Positions 9,921 to 20,066 of a stretch of DNA of 64,000 nucleotides are shown here, one piece after another. The stretch comes from Myxococcota bacterium (GTDB taxonomy: Bacteria > Myxococcota_A > UBA9160 > UBA4427): contig OZ252299.1 in NCBI GenBank assembly GCA_965250285.1, positions 3,520,001 through 3,584,000 of the forward strand, written 5' to 3'. A program made the translations under genes and the position numbers. How positions within the stretch are numbered: position 1 is the stretch's first letter; the number at the start of each line of letters is the position of its first letter. The notes beneath the pieces are model-generated. The model made no database searches, was not told the origin of the DNA, and was given only the letters and a program-made list of their open reading frames with translations.

Positions 9921-12233
9921 TCAGCCCACCGAGGCGGGGCCGGGGTCACCGGGAGCCGGCTTCGCATCCAGCTCGTAGTAGGCCCCGAGGAACGAGTCGT
10001 ACTCGTTGACGCACAGACGCTCGGCGAGATCGGCGGGTGCGGGGGGGACATCGAGCGCCAGCAGGCGGTCGTTGACGGCGGCCGCGTCGCGCATCAGCTC
10101 GAGCGCAAGCACTTCGCCCCATTTTGCCTCGGTGACGCGCTCGGCGAGGGCGCCGAGATCGAAGACGACGGGATACAGCCGTGCACGCAGCACGGAAGAA
10201 AGGGTGAAGCACCAGGTCTCGGGCGTGAGTGAGGGCAGGAGCGCGACGTCGCATCCGCTCTCGGCGATCACGCGTTCGGCCTCTTCGGGCCGGTACCGGC
10301 CCGACACCTCGACGCCGGCCTCTTCGGCGTCCGCGTCGTTCATCGTGTAACCAACGACCCGAAACCGGATCGGCAGCTTGCGGCGCCGCGCATCTTCGGC
10401 GCACTCGAGGATCAGCGCGTAGCCCTTCTGCTCCCCGATCGCGCCCGGCACCGCGACCCGGATCGGATCCCCGGGACGGCGGTTCGCCGGCGGCGCATGC
10501 GATGCCGAGGCCGGCAGCCGCTCCGGATGGGGCCGAATGCTGTACTCGACGTTCGGGAAGTAGCGCGCCATGCGGTCGGCGACGTCCCGGCTCGGACAGA
10601 TCACGCGACGCGCGCCGTCGAGCAGCGGCTGCCAGCTCGGGCGCCAGCGCCACATCGGGTAGTAGCCGTTCGGGCTGCCGAACGACGCGACGCAGCGCTC
10701 GCACTCGTCGATGTCCGGTTCGCCGCAGTAGTGCCCATCGGGCAGGTTGAAGTGCAGCCGCGGACACACCGGGGCGTAGTCGTGAAGCGTCAGGTCGTAG
10801 GCACAGCCGAGCCGCTCCGGCAGCGAGCGAATCCAGTCGGTGCCGAAGAGCCCGAACCCCCCCGCGTGATGGACGTGCACATGATCGACCCCGAGCAAAC
10901 CCAGCGCCTCGATCAGCTCGTCGCGACTCTGATTCATCGCGATGCGCTCCGAGTTCGGCAGCAGGTGTCGCTTGTTGCGCAGTCGCGGTCCGCGCAGCGT
11001 GACGGCTGGCGTCGCGTGATCTTCGTAGGGCTGCAGTCGAAAGACGTTCACCCCCTCGGCCTCGAGTGACCGCGTCATCAGGTCGACGTGCTGCTCGACC
11101 CCGCCGCCCCAGTCGTGCACCACCATCAGCACCGTGCGCGCAGGCTTGGCATGTCGCGCCGAGCGCCGAATGCGCGCGGCGTCGAGCCGCAGGCGCGCCG
11201 CGACCATCGGGTCTCGCGCGATGAAGCGCCCGACATCTCGCTCGTAGTCGGGGTAGCGATCCATCAGCCGCTCGAGCGCCCTGCGCATCTTCTCCTGCTT
11301 GGCGCGGCCGCGCCCGAACGAGACCGAGCCGAAGTGCGTGACGAAGACATCCGCGGCGAGGATGCTCGCAAACCCCGACTCGGCTGCGCGCAGGCAGAAC
11401 TCGTTCTCTTCACCGTACCCTGCTGCGTAGGCCGCATCGAAGTCGCCCACCTCGTCGAGGCAATCGCGGCGAATGTACAAGCAGAAGCCGACGCCCGTCG
11501 GCACGTCGAACGCAAGCCCGGCATTCACCTCGCCCGCGATCGCATCGAGCTCGGCGTGACTCAGCTCGAGCTGATTGGGGTTGTCTTCCATCCAGCGCGG
11601 ATAGCTGGCGAGCTCGCCGTTGTTCGTCAGCGGTGTCACCGTGCCGACCCGCTCGCCGCTGGGCGACGTTCGGCTCGCCGCGCGCTGCAGCCGCGCGAGC
11701 CAGTCGCCGTAGACCACCGTGTCGCTGTTCAACAGCACGACGTCGCGATCACCACGCAGCGCCATCCCTCGATTGACCGTCAGCGCGAAGCCGAGGTTTC
11801 GCTCGTTTCGGTGCAGCTCGAAGAGGCCGAGCTCGGCGAGATCGGCCAGCGCCGCACTGAGCTCGGCCTCGGGGCTCGCATCATCGATGACGACCAGGTC
11901 GGTGGTCGGGTCGGCATCGAGCACGCTGTACAGACAGGCGAGCGTCTCGTCGTAGCCCTTGTAGACCGGCACCACGACCGAGGGCGCACCGACGCCCCCG
12001 ACCGCCGCGGCACTTCGGCGCGCAGCGAGCGCCTGCCACTCGGTTTCGGCGGGGGCGGTGGGATCTTCGAGGCGTCGATTCAGCAGCTCGTTTCGACGCC
12101 ACTCGCGGTAGTTCGGACTCCACGTGAAGAAGCGCCCCGCCCGCCGATAGATCGCCCGCTTGAGCTGGCGCTTTCGCTCGGGGCCGAGCGGAACCAGTCG
12201 ATAGAGTCGGTTGATCAGGTAGTGGGGACGCAT
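9921..12233 (-). CDS. Two-domain glycosyltransferase (GT2 + GT4-like)
   Basis: VVVPVY, VVIDDASP, NLGF, LLNSDT, GYGEENEFC; C-terminal HDWGGGVEQH, TLHDY, ETWCFTLS. Confidence 0.88.
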   Translation of the reverse strand: MRPHYLINRLYRLVPLGPERKRQLKRAIYRRAGRFFTWSPNYREWRRNELLNRRLEDPTAPAETEWQALAARRSAAAVGGVGAPSVVVPVYKGYDETLACLYSVLDADPTTDLVVIDDASPEAELSAALADLAELGLFELHRNERNLGFALTVNRGMALRGDRDVVLLNSDTVVYGDWLARLQRAASRTSPSGERVGTVTPLTNNGELASYPRWMEDNPNQLELSHAELDAIAGEVNAGLAFDVPTGVGFCLYIRRDCLDEVGDFDAAYAAGYGEENEFCLRAAESGFASILAADVFVTHFGSVSFGRGRAKQEKMRRALERLMDRYPDYERDVGRFIARDPMVAARLRLDAARIRRSARHAKPARTVLMVVHDWGGGVEQHVDLMTRSLEAEGVNVFRLQPYEDHATPAVTLRGPRLRNKRHLLPNSERIAMNQSRDELIEALGLLGVDHVHVHHAGGFGLFGTDWIRSLPERLGCAYDLTLHDYAPVCPRLHFNLPDGHYCGEPDIDECERCVASFGSPNGYYPMWRWRPSWQPLLDGARRVICPSRDVADRMARYFPNVEYSIRPHPERLPASASHAPPANRRPGDPIRVAVPGAIGEQKGYALILECAEDARRRKLPIRFRVVGYTMNDADAEEAGVEVSGRYRPEEAERVIAESGCDVALLPSLTPETWCFTLSSVLRARLYPVVFDLGALAERVTEAKWGEVLALELMRDAAAVNDRLLALDVPPAPADLAERLCVNEYDSFLGAYYELDAKPAPGDPGPASVG

Positions 12234-12329
12234 CGAACCTGGGGCGGTGGGGTGGCCGGGATCGCGCGCGATGGCGCTCCGAGAGCGTAATCGATCGCGG
12301 CCCGCCCCGTCGCCCGGTGCGGGCCGCCG

Positions 12330-14510
12330 CTAGAAGCGGAAGGTCCAGACGAGCTTGACGGCCTGCTCACCGCGCGCGGGGTCGAAGGTGCCTCGCTCCT
12401 GCTCGTCCCAATCCTGTGAGACGACGATCCAGAGGTCGTTGCCCGGGTTGACCTGCCAGCGAAAGATGCTCGAGAAGCGCAGTACGCGCGTCGAGCGCTC
12501 GTACTGTGCCGTGTTCGTCCAGCTGACTTCGGGCGTGAAGGCGAAGTTGACGTTGAGGCGCATCAGGCGTTTCACGAAGTCGCCCTCGGGCAGGTTGCCG
12601 TCGTCCTGCTCGTACTCGAACTCGAAGAACGCATACTTCGTGGGACGCAGCGCGATCGTCCCGATCAGCTGCAGCATGTCGCCCGAGAAGAAGCTGCCCC
12701 AGATGACCTCGGCGGCGACGCTCACCGGTCGCGCGTTGGCTGTGTCGAAGAGGACGCTGTATCGATTGAAGCGGTAGTCGCCGAGCGGGATGACGACGCC
12801 CGGATCGATCTCGAAGGGCTGGCGCAGCAACCGCTCATCGTTGTACGAGTACGAGAAGCGAAGCCCGTCGCCGAGCTGATTACGCAGCTCGAGCGGCACC
12901 CAGGTGACGCGCACCGTCTCGAGCTGCTGCTGACGGTCGGTGACGACGAGCCCGGTGACCGACGTGTCGATCGTGCGCAGGTATCCGCCCGGGCGCCAGC
13001 GACGTCGCCCGAAGGCGTCGTACTGCTGGATCCCGCGGCGAATCACGAAGCCGAGGCGGGGATCGAAATCCTGGCCGATCTGGGTGTACGCCAGCCTGCC
13101 GTTCCAGCGATCGTTTGGATACTCGAGCGAGACGCCGCCCGCCTGCACGTCGTCGCCGCCCTCGTTCGAGAAGGTGCGCATGTAGTAGGCGTTGCTGGTG
13201 AAGATCTGGCCGTTGCCGATGTCGCTGTTGTAGTACTGAAAGTCAGCGCCCACGAGACCATTCTTCGTCTCGTCGCTGGGGTCGCCCCAGGTGCCGATCA
13301 CGCCGATGGCCGACTCCTCGAGCACTCTGTACTGCGCGCGCCCCACGACGAGCTGAGTTCGGTCGATGCCTTCCTGGGCCGGCTGCGTCACGCCGAGACC
13401 GCCGAATGTGAGACGCCCGAGGCGCCCGGTCACCTTCGAACCGCCGCCGATCTCGAGGGGCTGCTCGTTCAGCCGGCCGATGCGGCGCGAGAAGAAGGGC
13501 TGGCCGTTGCCGCGAAGCCCGCCGAACTCGAAGATGCCCGCATCCTGCAAGAAGAAGTCGCGACGCTCGGGCAGGCTCGGGGGGAACCGCGTGAGGATCG
13601 TGCGCAGGTCGTCGGGCGGCGCTTCGATGAAGTTGGTGTTCATCGTGCCGAGGACCACGACCGACGGATAGACCTTCATCGCGACGTCGCCGGCTGGCTC
13701 GACGATCGACTGGCTCTCGGCCGAGGTGAGGTCGGGATCATCGATCGGCCAGGTGCGGTCGTGGCCGAGCGCGAGGCTCGGCTTCACGTCGATACCGGTC
13801 GCCTGCACGTCGCGAATGCCGTCGATCACGCCGATGCCGGCGACGTCGACGATGCTGCGATTCTGTCCCGGGTTGGCCCAGCGATCCTTCTCGTTCTTGC
13901 GCCGGATGATCCGCTCGGCCTCGAAGCCCCACTTCGCACTCTCGGCCGACATCGAAACGGTCTGAAACGGGATCGCGAACTCGGCGGTCCAGCCGAGCTC
14001 GTCGACGTGGGCCTCGGCGTACCAGATGCCGTTCCAGTCGCGCCGAAAGACCGAGTTGTTCTCGATCAGGGCGTCGCTGCGCGTGCCAACGGGGTTGATC
14101 TGAAAGAAGTAGGCGTTGCGGTGATCGAAGAACGTGTCGAAGACGAGGTTGATGCGATCGTCCGACGTCATGTCGCCATCGAGCACCATCTGCTTCGCGA
14201 TCAGCTTCTGCGGATCGGTGTCGTACATTCGAACGCCGACGTAGATGTAGTGATCGTCGAACCCGATGCGCATGTCGGTCGGCTCGGTGGGCACCGCCCC
14301 CTGCAGCGGCTCGCTCTGCACCATGGGCCCCATCGGCGGCAGCTCGCGCCAGATGGCCTCGTCGAGCCGCCCGTCGATCTCGGGAGGCACCGAGACACGC
14401 TCGAGGATCGCCGTGCGAGGGCCGATCGACTGCGCCGATGCACCGGTCGCTGCGAGAGCGACCCAGCTCGCGACGAGCGCGAGGCGGCGAAGCAGCAAAC
14501 CGGCGGGCAT
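12330..14510 (-). CDS. Secreted CBM9-like/DUF5916-type protein with probable C-terminal beta-barrel
   Basis: Signal peptide, PEIDGRLDEAIW, AYFFQINPVGTRSDA, ERRDFFLQDAGIF, FFSRRIG, terminal VKLVWTFRF. Confidence 0.78.
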   Translation of the reverse strand: MPAGLLLRRLALVASWVALAATGASAQSIGPRTAILERVSVPPEIDGRLDEAIWRELPPMGPMVQSEPLQGAVPTEPTDMRIGFDDHYIYVGVRMYDTDPQKLIAKQMVLDGDMTSDDRINLVFDTFFDHRNAYFFQINPVGTRSDALIENNSVFRRDWNGIWYAEAHVDELGWTAEFAIPFQTVSMSAESAKWGFEAERIIRRKNEKDRWANPGQNRSIVDVAGIGVIDGIRDVQATGIDVKPSLALGHDRTWPIDDPDLTSAESQSIVEPAGDVAMKVYPSVVVLGTMNTNFIEAPPDDLRTILTRFPPSLPERRDFFLQDAGIFEFGGLRGNGQPFFSRRIGRLNEQPLEIGGGSKVTGRLGRLTFGGLGVTQPAQEGIDRTQLVVGRAQYRVLEESAIGVIGTWGDPSDETKNGLVGADFQYYNSDIGNGQIFTSNAYYMRTFSNEGGDDVQAGGVSLEYPNDRWNGRLAYTQIGQDFDPRLGFVIRRGIQQYDAFGRRRWRPGGYLRTIDTSVTGLVVTDRQQQLETVRVTWVPLELRNQLGDGLRFSYSYNDERLLRQPFEIDPGVVIPLGDYRFNRYSVLFDTANARPVSVAAEVIWGSFFSGDMLQLIGTIALRPTKYAFFEFEYEQDDGNLPEGDFVKRLMRLNVNFAFTPEVSWTNTAQYERSTRVLRFSSIFRWQVNPGNDLWIVVSQDWDEQERGTFDPARGEQAVKLVWTFRF

Positions 14511-14611
14511 CGCGGGATCGAATCATCGCCGCGCGTCCCGGTCAAGCGACCCAGGCCCGAGCGTTCAGCCGGGGGAAGCGGTGCGAGCAGCGCCCGTCGC
14601 CGCTTTGGCGC

Positions 14612-15640
14612 TCACCAGATTCTCCACCAGGGGCGCGAGGGCGGTTCGGCCGCCAGACACTTCGGGTGCAACAGCCGCAGGGCGAAGGCACCGTATCGCT
14701 TGCGCGCGGCGCCGCAGGCGCCGGGGTCGACCGGGCAGGTCAGATCCGTGCCCATCGCCTGCGATAGCTCGGCGATGCGCGCGTCGACCATCGCTTCGAT
14801 CTCGGGGGTTCGGTAGCTGCAGCAGTTCACGGCCTCGTCCCAGACCGGCGTGACATAGTCATCGAGATCGAAGCCGCGCACGACGCGAAACCTGCGCTCG
14901 CCGAAGAGCCCGAGGCGGCGACCACACTTCACATAGGGCCGGGCGCGTCGGCTGCGCTTCGCCAACGGGTCGGCGCCCTCCCCCACGAGCCGCGACCAGA
15001 AGCGCAGGCCCTCGAAGTTCGCCACGAGGTCGGCGTACGAGCGAACGCCCGTGGTATAGCGACCGAAGTACGTGTCCTCGGTGTCCTCGCCCCAGGTCAT
15101 CGCGGCATCGACGCCTTCGCCGTCGAGCTGCGACCGCTCGAAGTAGGCCCAGCCCTCGACGACGAAGTGCCCGATCTTGTCGACACCCATCACGGTATCG
15201 CCGACGCGCACGACGCTGCTGAGATCCTTCCAGTGCAGGCTCACGCCGTCGAGCAGACCGAGGTCGCGATAGATCGAGTCGCTGCGCAGCACGCGGCGCC
15301 GATCGAGGGTCTCGTCGGCATCGAGCGACTCGGTGATCGAGTGCCCGATGAAGGGCCAGGCGAAGGCGTCGCGCAGCGCGCTGCGAAGCGCGGCCACGTC
15401 GCAGACGCTCCCCGACTCGTTGGCTTGGTCGACCGCTTCCTGCAGCGCGGCGTCGAAACGCCGCTCGATGCCGCGCCGGGCATCGCGCAGCGGCTCATCG
15501 CGCCGCGTCACGCCGTCGATCTCGGCCGCCGCAACCGCCCCGCCCGCGCACACCACGAATGCGAGGACGAACCATGCGGCCAGGCCCCCTGACCGCCTGC
15601 GGCGTCTCTCGAGTGTCGGAGCCGATCCCATCTCGGACAT
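14612..15640 (-). CDS. Hypothetical exported protein
   Basis: Signal/TM segment, Cys pairs, motif-like GVDKIGHF and SYADLVANFEGLRFW; start uncertain. Confidence 0.7.
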   Translation of the reverse strand: MSEMGSAPTLERRRRRSGGLAAWFVLAFVVCAGGAVAAAEIDGVTRRDEPLRDARRGIERRFDAALQEAVDQANESGSVCDVAALRSALRDAFAWPFIGHSITESLDADETLDRRRVLRSDSIYRDLGLLDGVSLHWKDLSSVVRVGDTVMGVDKIGHFVVEGWAYFERSQLDGEGVDAAMTWGEDTEDTYFGRYTTGVRSYADLVANFEGLRFWSRLVGEGADPLAKRSRRARPYVKCGRRLGLFGERRFRVVRGFDLDDYVTPVWDEAVNCCSYRTPEIEAMVDARIAELSQAMGTDLTCPVDPGACGAARKRYGAFALRLLHPKCLAAEPPSRPWWRIW

Positions 15641-15728
15641 TCTAGGCGAGCGCCCGGCCCGCCTGACGGCCGGGCATCGAACCCGGTACGCTGCGGCCGA
15701 CGTGCCCCTCCCACCCCGAGGTCCCGAC

Positions 15729-16520
15729 ATGCTCGAGCTCTACCACAACGCGTTCTCCAGCTGCTCGCAAAAAGTGAGGATCGTCCTCGGCGAGAAAGGC
15801 CTCGAGTGGAAGAGCCACGAGATCGACCTGATGGGCGGCGGTCAGCACGACCCCGACTACGTGAAGCTGAACCCGAACCACGTCGTGCCGACACTCGTCC
15901 ACGAGGGTCGTGTGCTGACCGAGTCGACGCTGATCAATGAGTACCTCGACGACGCGTTCCCGACCCCGTCGATGCGACCCGACGATCCGGTGGCCCGTCA
16001 CGCGATGCGCCTGTTCGTGAAGCACGTCGACGAGGGCGTCCACCCCGCGGCCGGCGTGCTCACCTACGGCATCGCGACGCGTCCGATGGTGATGGCCCGC
16101 CCCCCCGAAGAACGCGCAGCAGCCTGGGAGAACATCCCCGACCCCGCGAGACGCGCAGCGCGCAAGAGCGTGGTCGAGCACGGCGTCGCAGCGCCCGAGA
16201 TGCGCGGCGGGATCGCGTCGTTCATCGGCATGCTCGACGAGATGGAGAAGCGCCTCGCCGACTCGACGTGGATCGCGGGCGACGCGTTCAGCCTCGCCGA
16301 CGCCGCGGCCCTGCCCTACGTGCTCCGGCTCGAGCACCTCGCGCTCGGCGATCTCATCGCGGCGAGGCCCCGGGCCGCCGACTGGTTCGCGCGCATCCAG
16401 CAGCTCGACTCGTACCCGGCGATGATCACCGATCTTCTCCCCGAGCCGATCGTGGCGCTCTTCCGAAAGAACGCCGAAGACGTGAAGGGCGAGCTCGACG
16501 CGCTGATCGCGTCGCTCTGA
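15729..16520 (+). CDS. Glutathione S-transferase family protein
   Basis: MLELYHNAFSSCSQKVR, LNPNHVVPTL, ESTLINEYLDD, WIAGDAFSLAD; start after GAGG. Confidence 0.9.
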   Translation: MLELYHNAFSSCSQKVRIVLGEKGLEWKSHEIDLMGGGQHDPDYVKLNPNHVVPTLVHEGRVLTESTLINEYLDDAFPTPSMRPDDPVARHAMRLFVKHVDEGVHPAAGVLTYGIATRPMVMARPPEERAAAWENIPDPARRAARKSVVEHGVAAPEMRGGIASFIGMLDEMEKRLADSTWIAGDAFSLADAAALPYVLRLEHLALGDLIAARPRAADWFARIQQLDSYPAMITDLLPEPIVALFRKNAEDVKGELDALIASL

Positions 16521-16541
16521 ATCGACCCGCGCCGGACGTCT

Positions 16542-17561
16542 TCAGGAGCGACCGCTCGGCGGCCAGGGCACCCAGACCGAGGTGCGCTGCTGGTAGGCGC
16601 GGTAGTCGGCCTCCCGCTCGGGCACCGCGAGCATCCGGCGCTCGGTCATCACCGTCACACCGGCGAGCACCGCCGAGTTGAACGCCGTGCCGATCACCAC
16701 CCAGGGCTGTCCGCACATCACGCCGAAGCCCGCGATCGACCACCAGAAGAGCTGCTCGCCGAAGTAGTTCGGGTGCCGCGACCATCGCCAGATGCCGACG
16801 TCGAGCAGGCGCACGGGCGCTTCGCCCGCCGCGCGCCGCGTTTCGTTCGCCCGCATGAAGCGATCGAGCGTGCCGTCGGCCGCGTGCGCGACGCCGATGC
16901 CGGCGAGCGCCGAGGCGAAGAGCATTCCGTCGGCCGGGCCGAAAGGCACGTCGAAGAACGACAGCGCCCAGAATGGCAGTGACAGACCGACGAGCATCGC
17001 GTGCTGGGCGAGGTGCACGACGAAGAGCTGCTCCCACCAGAAGCCCGGTCGCTCGCGCCGCATCTTGGCGTAGCGCCAGTCTTCGCGCAGACCGAATCGC
17101 CAGCCCTCGCGGCGAAAGTAGTTCCAGGTGAGGCGCGTGCTCCAGATACCGAGCGCGAGCCACGCGAGCGCGAGGCGGGCCGCGTCGAAGTCGGCCAGCG
17201 GATGCGTCGCAAAGAAGAGCGCGATGAGCGGCGGCAGCAGCGTCCAGTATGGGTCGATCAGCCAGCTGCTCCGCTGCACGAGCGCGATCGCGAAGAACGC
17301 AGCGTCGAAGAAGAGCAGCACCATCAAGTTGATGCTCGCGATCGGGTGGTGCAGCAGCCACGCCGCGAGCGCGTCGGCATCGCCGACGTCGGCCCAGGCG
17401 GGGGCGGGGGGAATCGCGCCTTCCGGGAACCAGTGAAAGAGCACCCAGGCCGCGACGACGGGCGGCACGGGCACGATCGCTGCGATCGCGGCGTTGCGCA
17501 GGTTGTCTGGGCCGAGACGGGGCCACTGCGCCGTGTCGGGTAGGCCGATCTCCACGGTCAT
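16542..17561 (-). CDS. DUF1295 / steroid 5-alpha-reductase-like membrane protein
   Basis: Multiple TM segments, SWLIDPYW, EDWRY, GIWRWSRHPNYFGE. Confidence 0.85.
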   Translation of the reverse strand: MTVEIGLPDTAQWPRLGPDNLRNAAIAAIVPVPPVVAAWVLFHWFPEGAIPPAPAWADVGDADALAAWLLHHPIASINLMVLLFFDAAFFAIALVQRSSWLIDPYWTLLPPLIALFFATHPLADFDAARLALAWLALGIWSTRLTWNYFRREGWRFGLREDWRYAKMRRERPGFWWEQLFVVHLAQHAMLVGLSLPFWALSFFDVPFGPADGMLFASALAGIGVAHAADGTLDRFMRANETRRAAGEAPVRLLDVGIWRWSRHPNYFGEQLFWWSIAGFGVMCGQPWVVIGTAFNSAVLAGVTVMTERRMLAVPEREADYRAYQQRTSVWVPWPPSGRS

Positions 17562-17664
17562 ACGATGGCACCTCCACGCACCGATCTCCATGCGCGCGGG
17601 CCAAACGACGACGGCCGGCACCCCGCTCGGGTACCGGCCGCCTCGGATCACTCGTGCACCGACG

Positions 17665-18819
17665 CTAGGGCAACGGGATGAAGTCCTCGACGAGGTCTTC
17701 CCAGGTGCCGAGTGAAGGATCGACGAGACCCGACGACCACTCGTCGAGCGTCACGCCATCGATCGTCTGCGAGTAGAAGAGCGGGCTCTGCACCGCGGTG
17801 TGCGAATCGTCGCCGCTCTTGATGAACCGCTTGTAGCGGTTCGGGTGGTTGGCCTGCAGCTCGCCCGACTGCTCGAGGATCAGATCTCGGTACGCCTCCT
17901 GTGTCGGAACGTTCAGGAAGAACCGGTTCGTGGCGTCACCGTCGGTCTCGTACCACGCCTCGCGAATCGAGCGATCGCGCTCGAGGCGCCAGTCGATCAC
18001 GGCCGTCGCCTTGCCGAACGCGCTGCACTCTTCGCAGCTCTTCGGGTAGAACTGGCCGAACTGCCAGTCTTCGGCGCGGGCGGCGATCGCATCGACCTCG
18101 TCGAGGTTGACCGTGACCGGCCCCGCATCATTCAGCACGGAGAGGTCGGCCCGGTTGCCCCAGAGGAAGCGAGCGAGGAAGGGCGCGAAGCCGTCGACGC
18201 CGACGCCACCGGCGCTCGAGCCCGACAGCGTGATGTTCTTCGCGTGGGGATAGAGCGACTTGGCGACGTCCATTGCCGCCGACTGGTTGCGCAGGCCGCG
18301 GTGGAAGCGAACCGGACCGAACGGGAAGTTCGGATCGACCACTTCGTTGTCGCCCGAGAAGACCGAGCCGTCGCAGTACGGCATGTAGACGATCGAGTAG
18401 TCGGCGAACGGGTTGTCGGGGTTGTCGAAGTCGTAGATACCGACGGGCGGTGCGGGCGGCTCCTGGTCTTCAGACAGCACATTGCAGAAGTAGAAATCCT
18501 GCCAGCAGGCGCCGCCGCCCTGCTGGAAGATCAGCAGCTTCTCGGGGTCGCCGTCGCGGGTGAACGCCGAGAACGGCGTGCCGGCGATGCAGATCGGACC
18601 CTCGCCGCCGTCGGGGTCGAAGGTGTGCTTGGTCCAACCGTCTTCGATCTCGGTTGAAGACGCCGGCGTATACTCGCCGAGATACTTGTTGACGCCCGCA
18701 GCCTTGAGCTCGAGCTTGGCGAAGAAGTCGAGGCCCTTGCAGCGCGCGCCTGTGAACAACAGCGCGACGAACACGAGCGTCAGTACGAGAAAAGTGCGAT
18801 GGCCGGGCTTGCGAGTCAC
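17665..18819 (-). CDS. Pectinacetylesterase/Notum-family secreted hydrolase
   Basis: Signal peptide, QGGGACW, VYMPYCDGSVFSG, nucleophile elbow GSSAGG. Confidence 0.8.
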   Translation of the reverse strand: MTRKPGHRTFLVLTLVFVALLFTGARCKGLDFFAKLELKAAGVNKYLGEYTPASSTEIEDGWTKHTFDPDGGEGPICIAGTPFSAFTRDGDPEKLLIFQQGGGACWQDFYFCNVLSEDQEPPAPPVGIYDFDNPDNPFADYSIVYMPYCDGSVFSGDNEVVDPNFPFGPVRFHRGLRNQSAAMDVAKSLYPHAKNITLSGSSAGGVGVDGFAPFLARFLWGNRADLSVLNDAGPVTVNLDEVDAIAARAEDWQFGQFYPKSCEECSAFGKATAVIDWRLERDRSIREAWYETDGDATNRFFLNVPTQEAYRDLILEQSGELQANHPNRYKRFIKSGDDSHTAVQSPLFYSQTIDGVTLDEWSSGLVDPSLGTWEDLVEDFIPLP

Positions 18820-19103
18820 GGGACCCTCCTCCTGTGGCAGCCTGATAATCGAACTCGCACCCTCTCATCGATGTTGTGGCGGTGTCAATGCGAAAGCTGC
18901 GCCTTCGTGCGCCCGACTGAGCTGCCCGCCCACCCCAGGCTGAACGGGTGCGAATCGCCTCGGACAGATCGGAACGGGCAGCGATCGCGGAGCCTTGGGA
19001 CGCTGCGACTTCGAGTCATGTACGAACCGCCCGCACGCCGTTGCGCCGGCGCGGAGTGGTAGCGTTGGCGATCCGCCGGCCCCGGTGAAGGAGGATCCAC
19101 CCC

Positions 19104-19862
19104 ATGCGTTCGACCCCCTCGCTGCCCCGCCGCGCCCTGGCGTGGCTCGCGCTGCCGCTCGTCGGCCTGGCCGGCTGCTCGAGCATGCAGATGCCCGACC
19201 TCACCCAGATCTTCACGGGCTCGGGTGCGCTCGACGAGGCCACGGTCGCCGATGGCCTGCGCCAGGCGCTCACGATCGGCACCGAGCGCGCGACCGAAGA
19301 GCTCTCGGCGCAGGGCGGGTTCGCAGACAACCCCGCCCTGCGACTCGTACTGCCCGACCAGCTCGATCCGCTCGTCGACACGGCGCGAACCATCGGGCTC
19401 GGCTCGGTGGTCGACTCGCTCGACGACGGCATGAACCGCGCGGCCGAGCTCGCCGCCGGCGAAGCGGTACCCGTGTTCGCATCGGCCATCAAGCAGATGA
19501 CGATCGCCGATGCGTTCGCGATTCTGCGCGGCCCCGACGACGCTGCGACGCAGTACTTCCACGAGAAGACCACCGGGCCGCTCGAAGCGCGCTTCGAGCC
19601 CGTCGTGAAGCAGGCGATGGACGACGTCGGCGTCTACGCCCAGTACAAGAAGCTGATCGGCCGCTACGAGATGCTGCCCTTCGCGAAGCCGATGCCGCCG
19701 AGCCTCGAGGGCTACGTCACGCAGAAGACGCTCGACGGGCTGTTCAGCGTGCTCGCGCAAGAAGAGGCCCGTATCCGCGAAGACCCGGTCGCGCGCACCA
19801 CCTCGCTGCTGCAGAAGGTGTTCGGCTCGCAGCAGGCCGAAGAGGCCCGGGCCACGCCCTGA
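19104..19862 (+). CDS. DUF4197 family lipoprotein
   Basis: Lipobox LAGC; GLRQALTIG, MNRAAELAA, DAATQYF, EEARIREDPVARTTSLLQKVFG; GGAGG RBS. Confidence 0.88.
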   Translation: MRSTPSLPRRALAWLALPLVGLAGCSSMQMPDLTQIFTGSGALDEATVADGLRQALTIGTERATEELSAQGGFADNPALRLVLPDQLDPLVDTARTIGLGSVVDSLDDGMNRAAELAAGEAVPVFASAIKQMTIADAFAILRGPDDAATQYFHEKTTGPLEARFEPVVKQAMDDVGVYAQYKKLIGRYEMLPFAKPMPPSLEGYVTQKTLDGLFSVLAQEEARIREDPVARTTSLLQKVFGSQQAEEARATP

Positions 19863-20066
19863 ATCGACGAGCCGAGCGCGCACCCACCGGCCCGGGTGCA
19901 CGGCGCCTGTCCGACCGGCTTCCCACTCCACGCGAATCTTCCTCTCCCGCTGCGCGGCTCTGCGCTGGGTTGCGGCGAGCGTGATTGCGCTCGCCCCGTG
20001 CCCACGGAGCGCCGATGTAGAGACGCGCCCGCGCGGTCTCGCGCGAACGCGGTAGGAGAGATTCGC

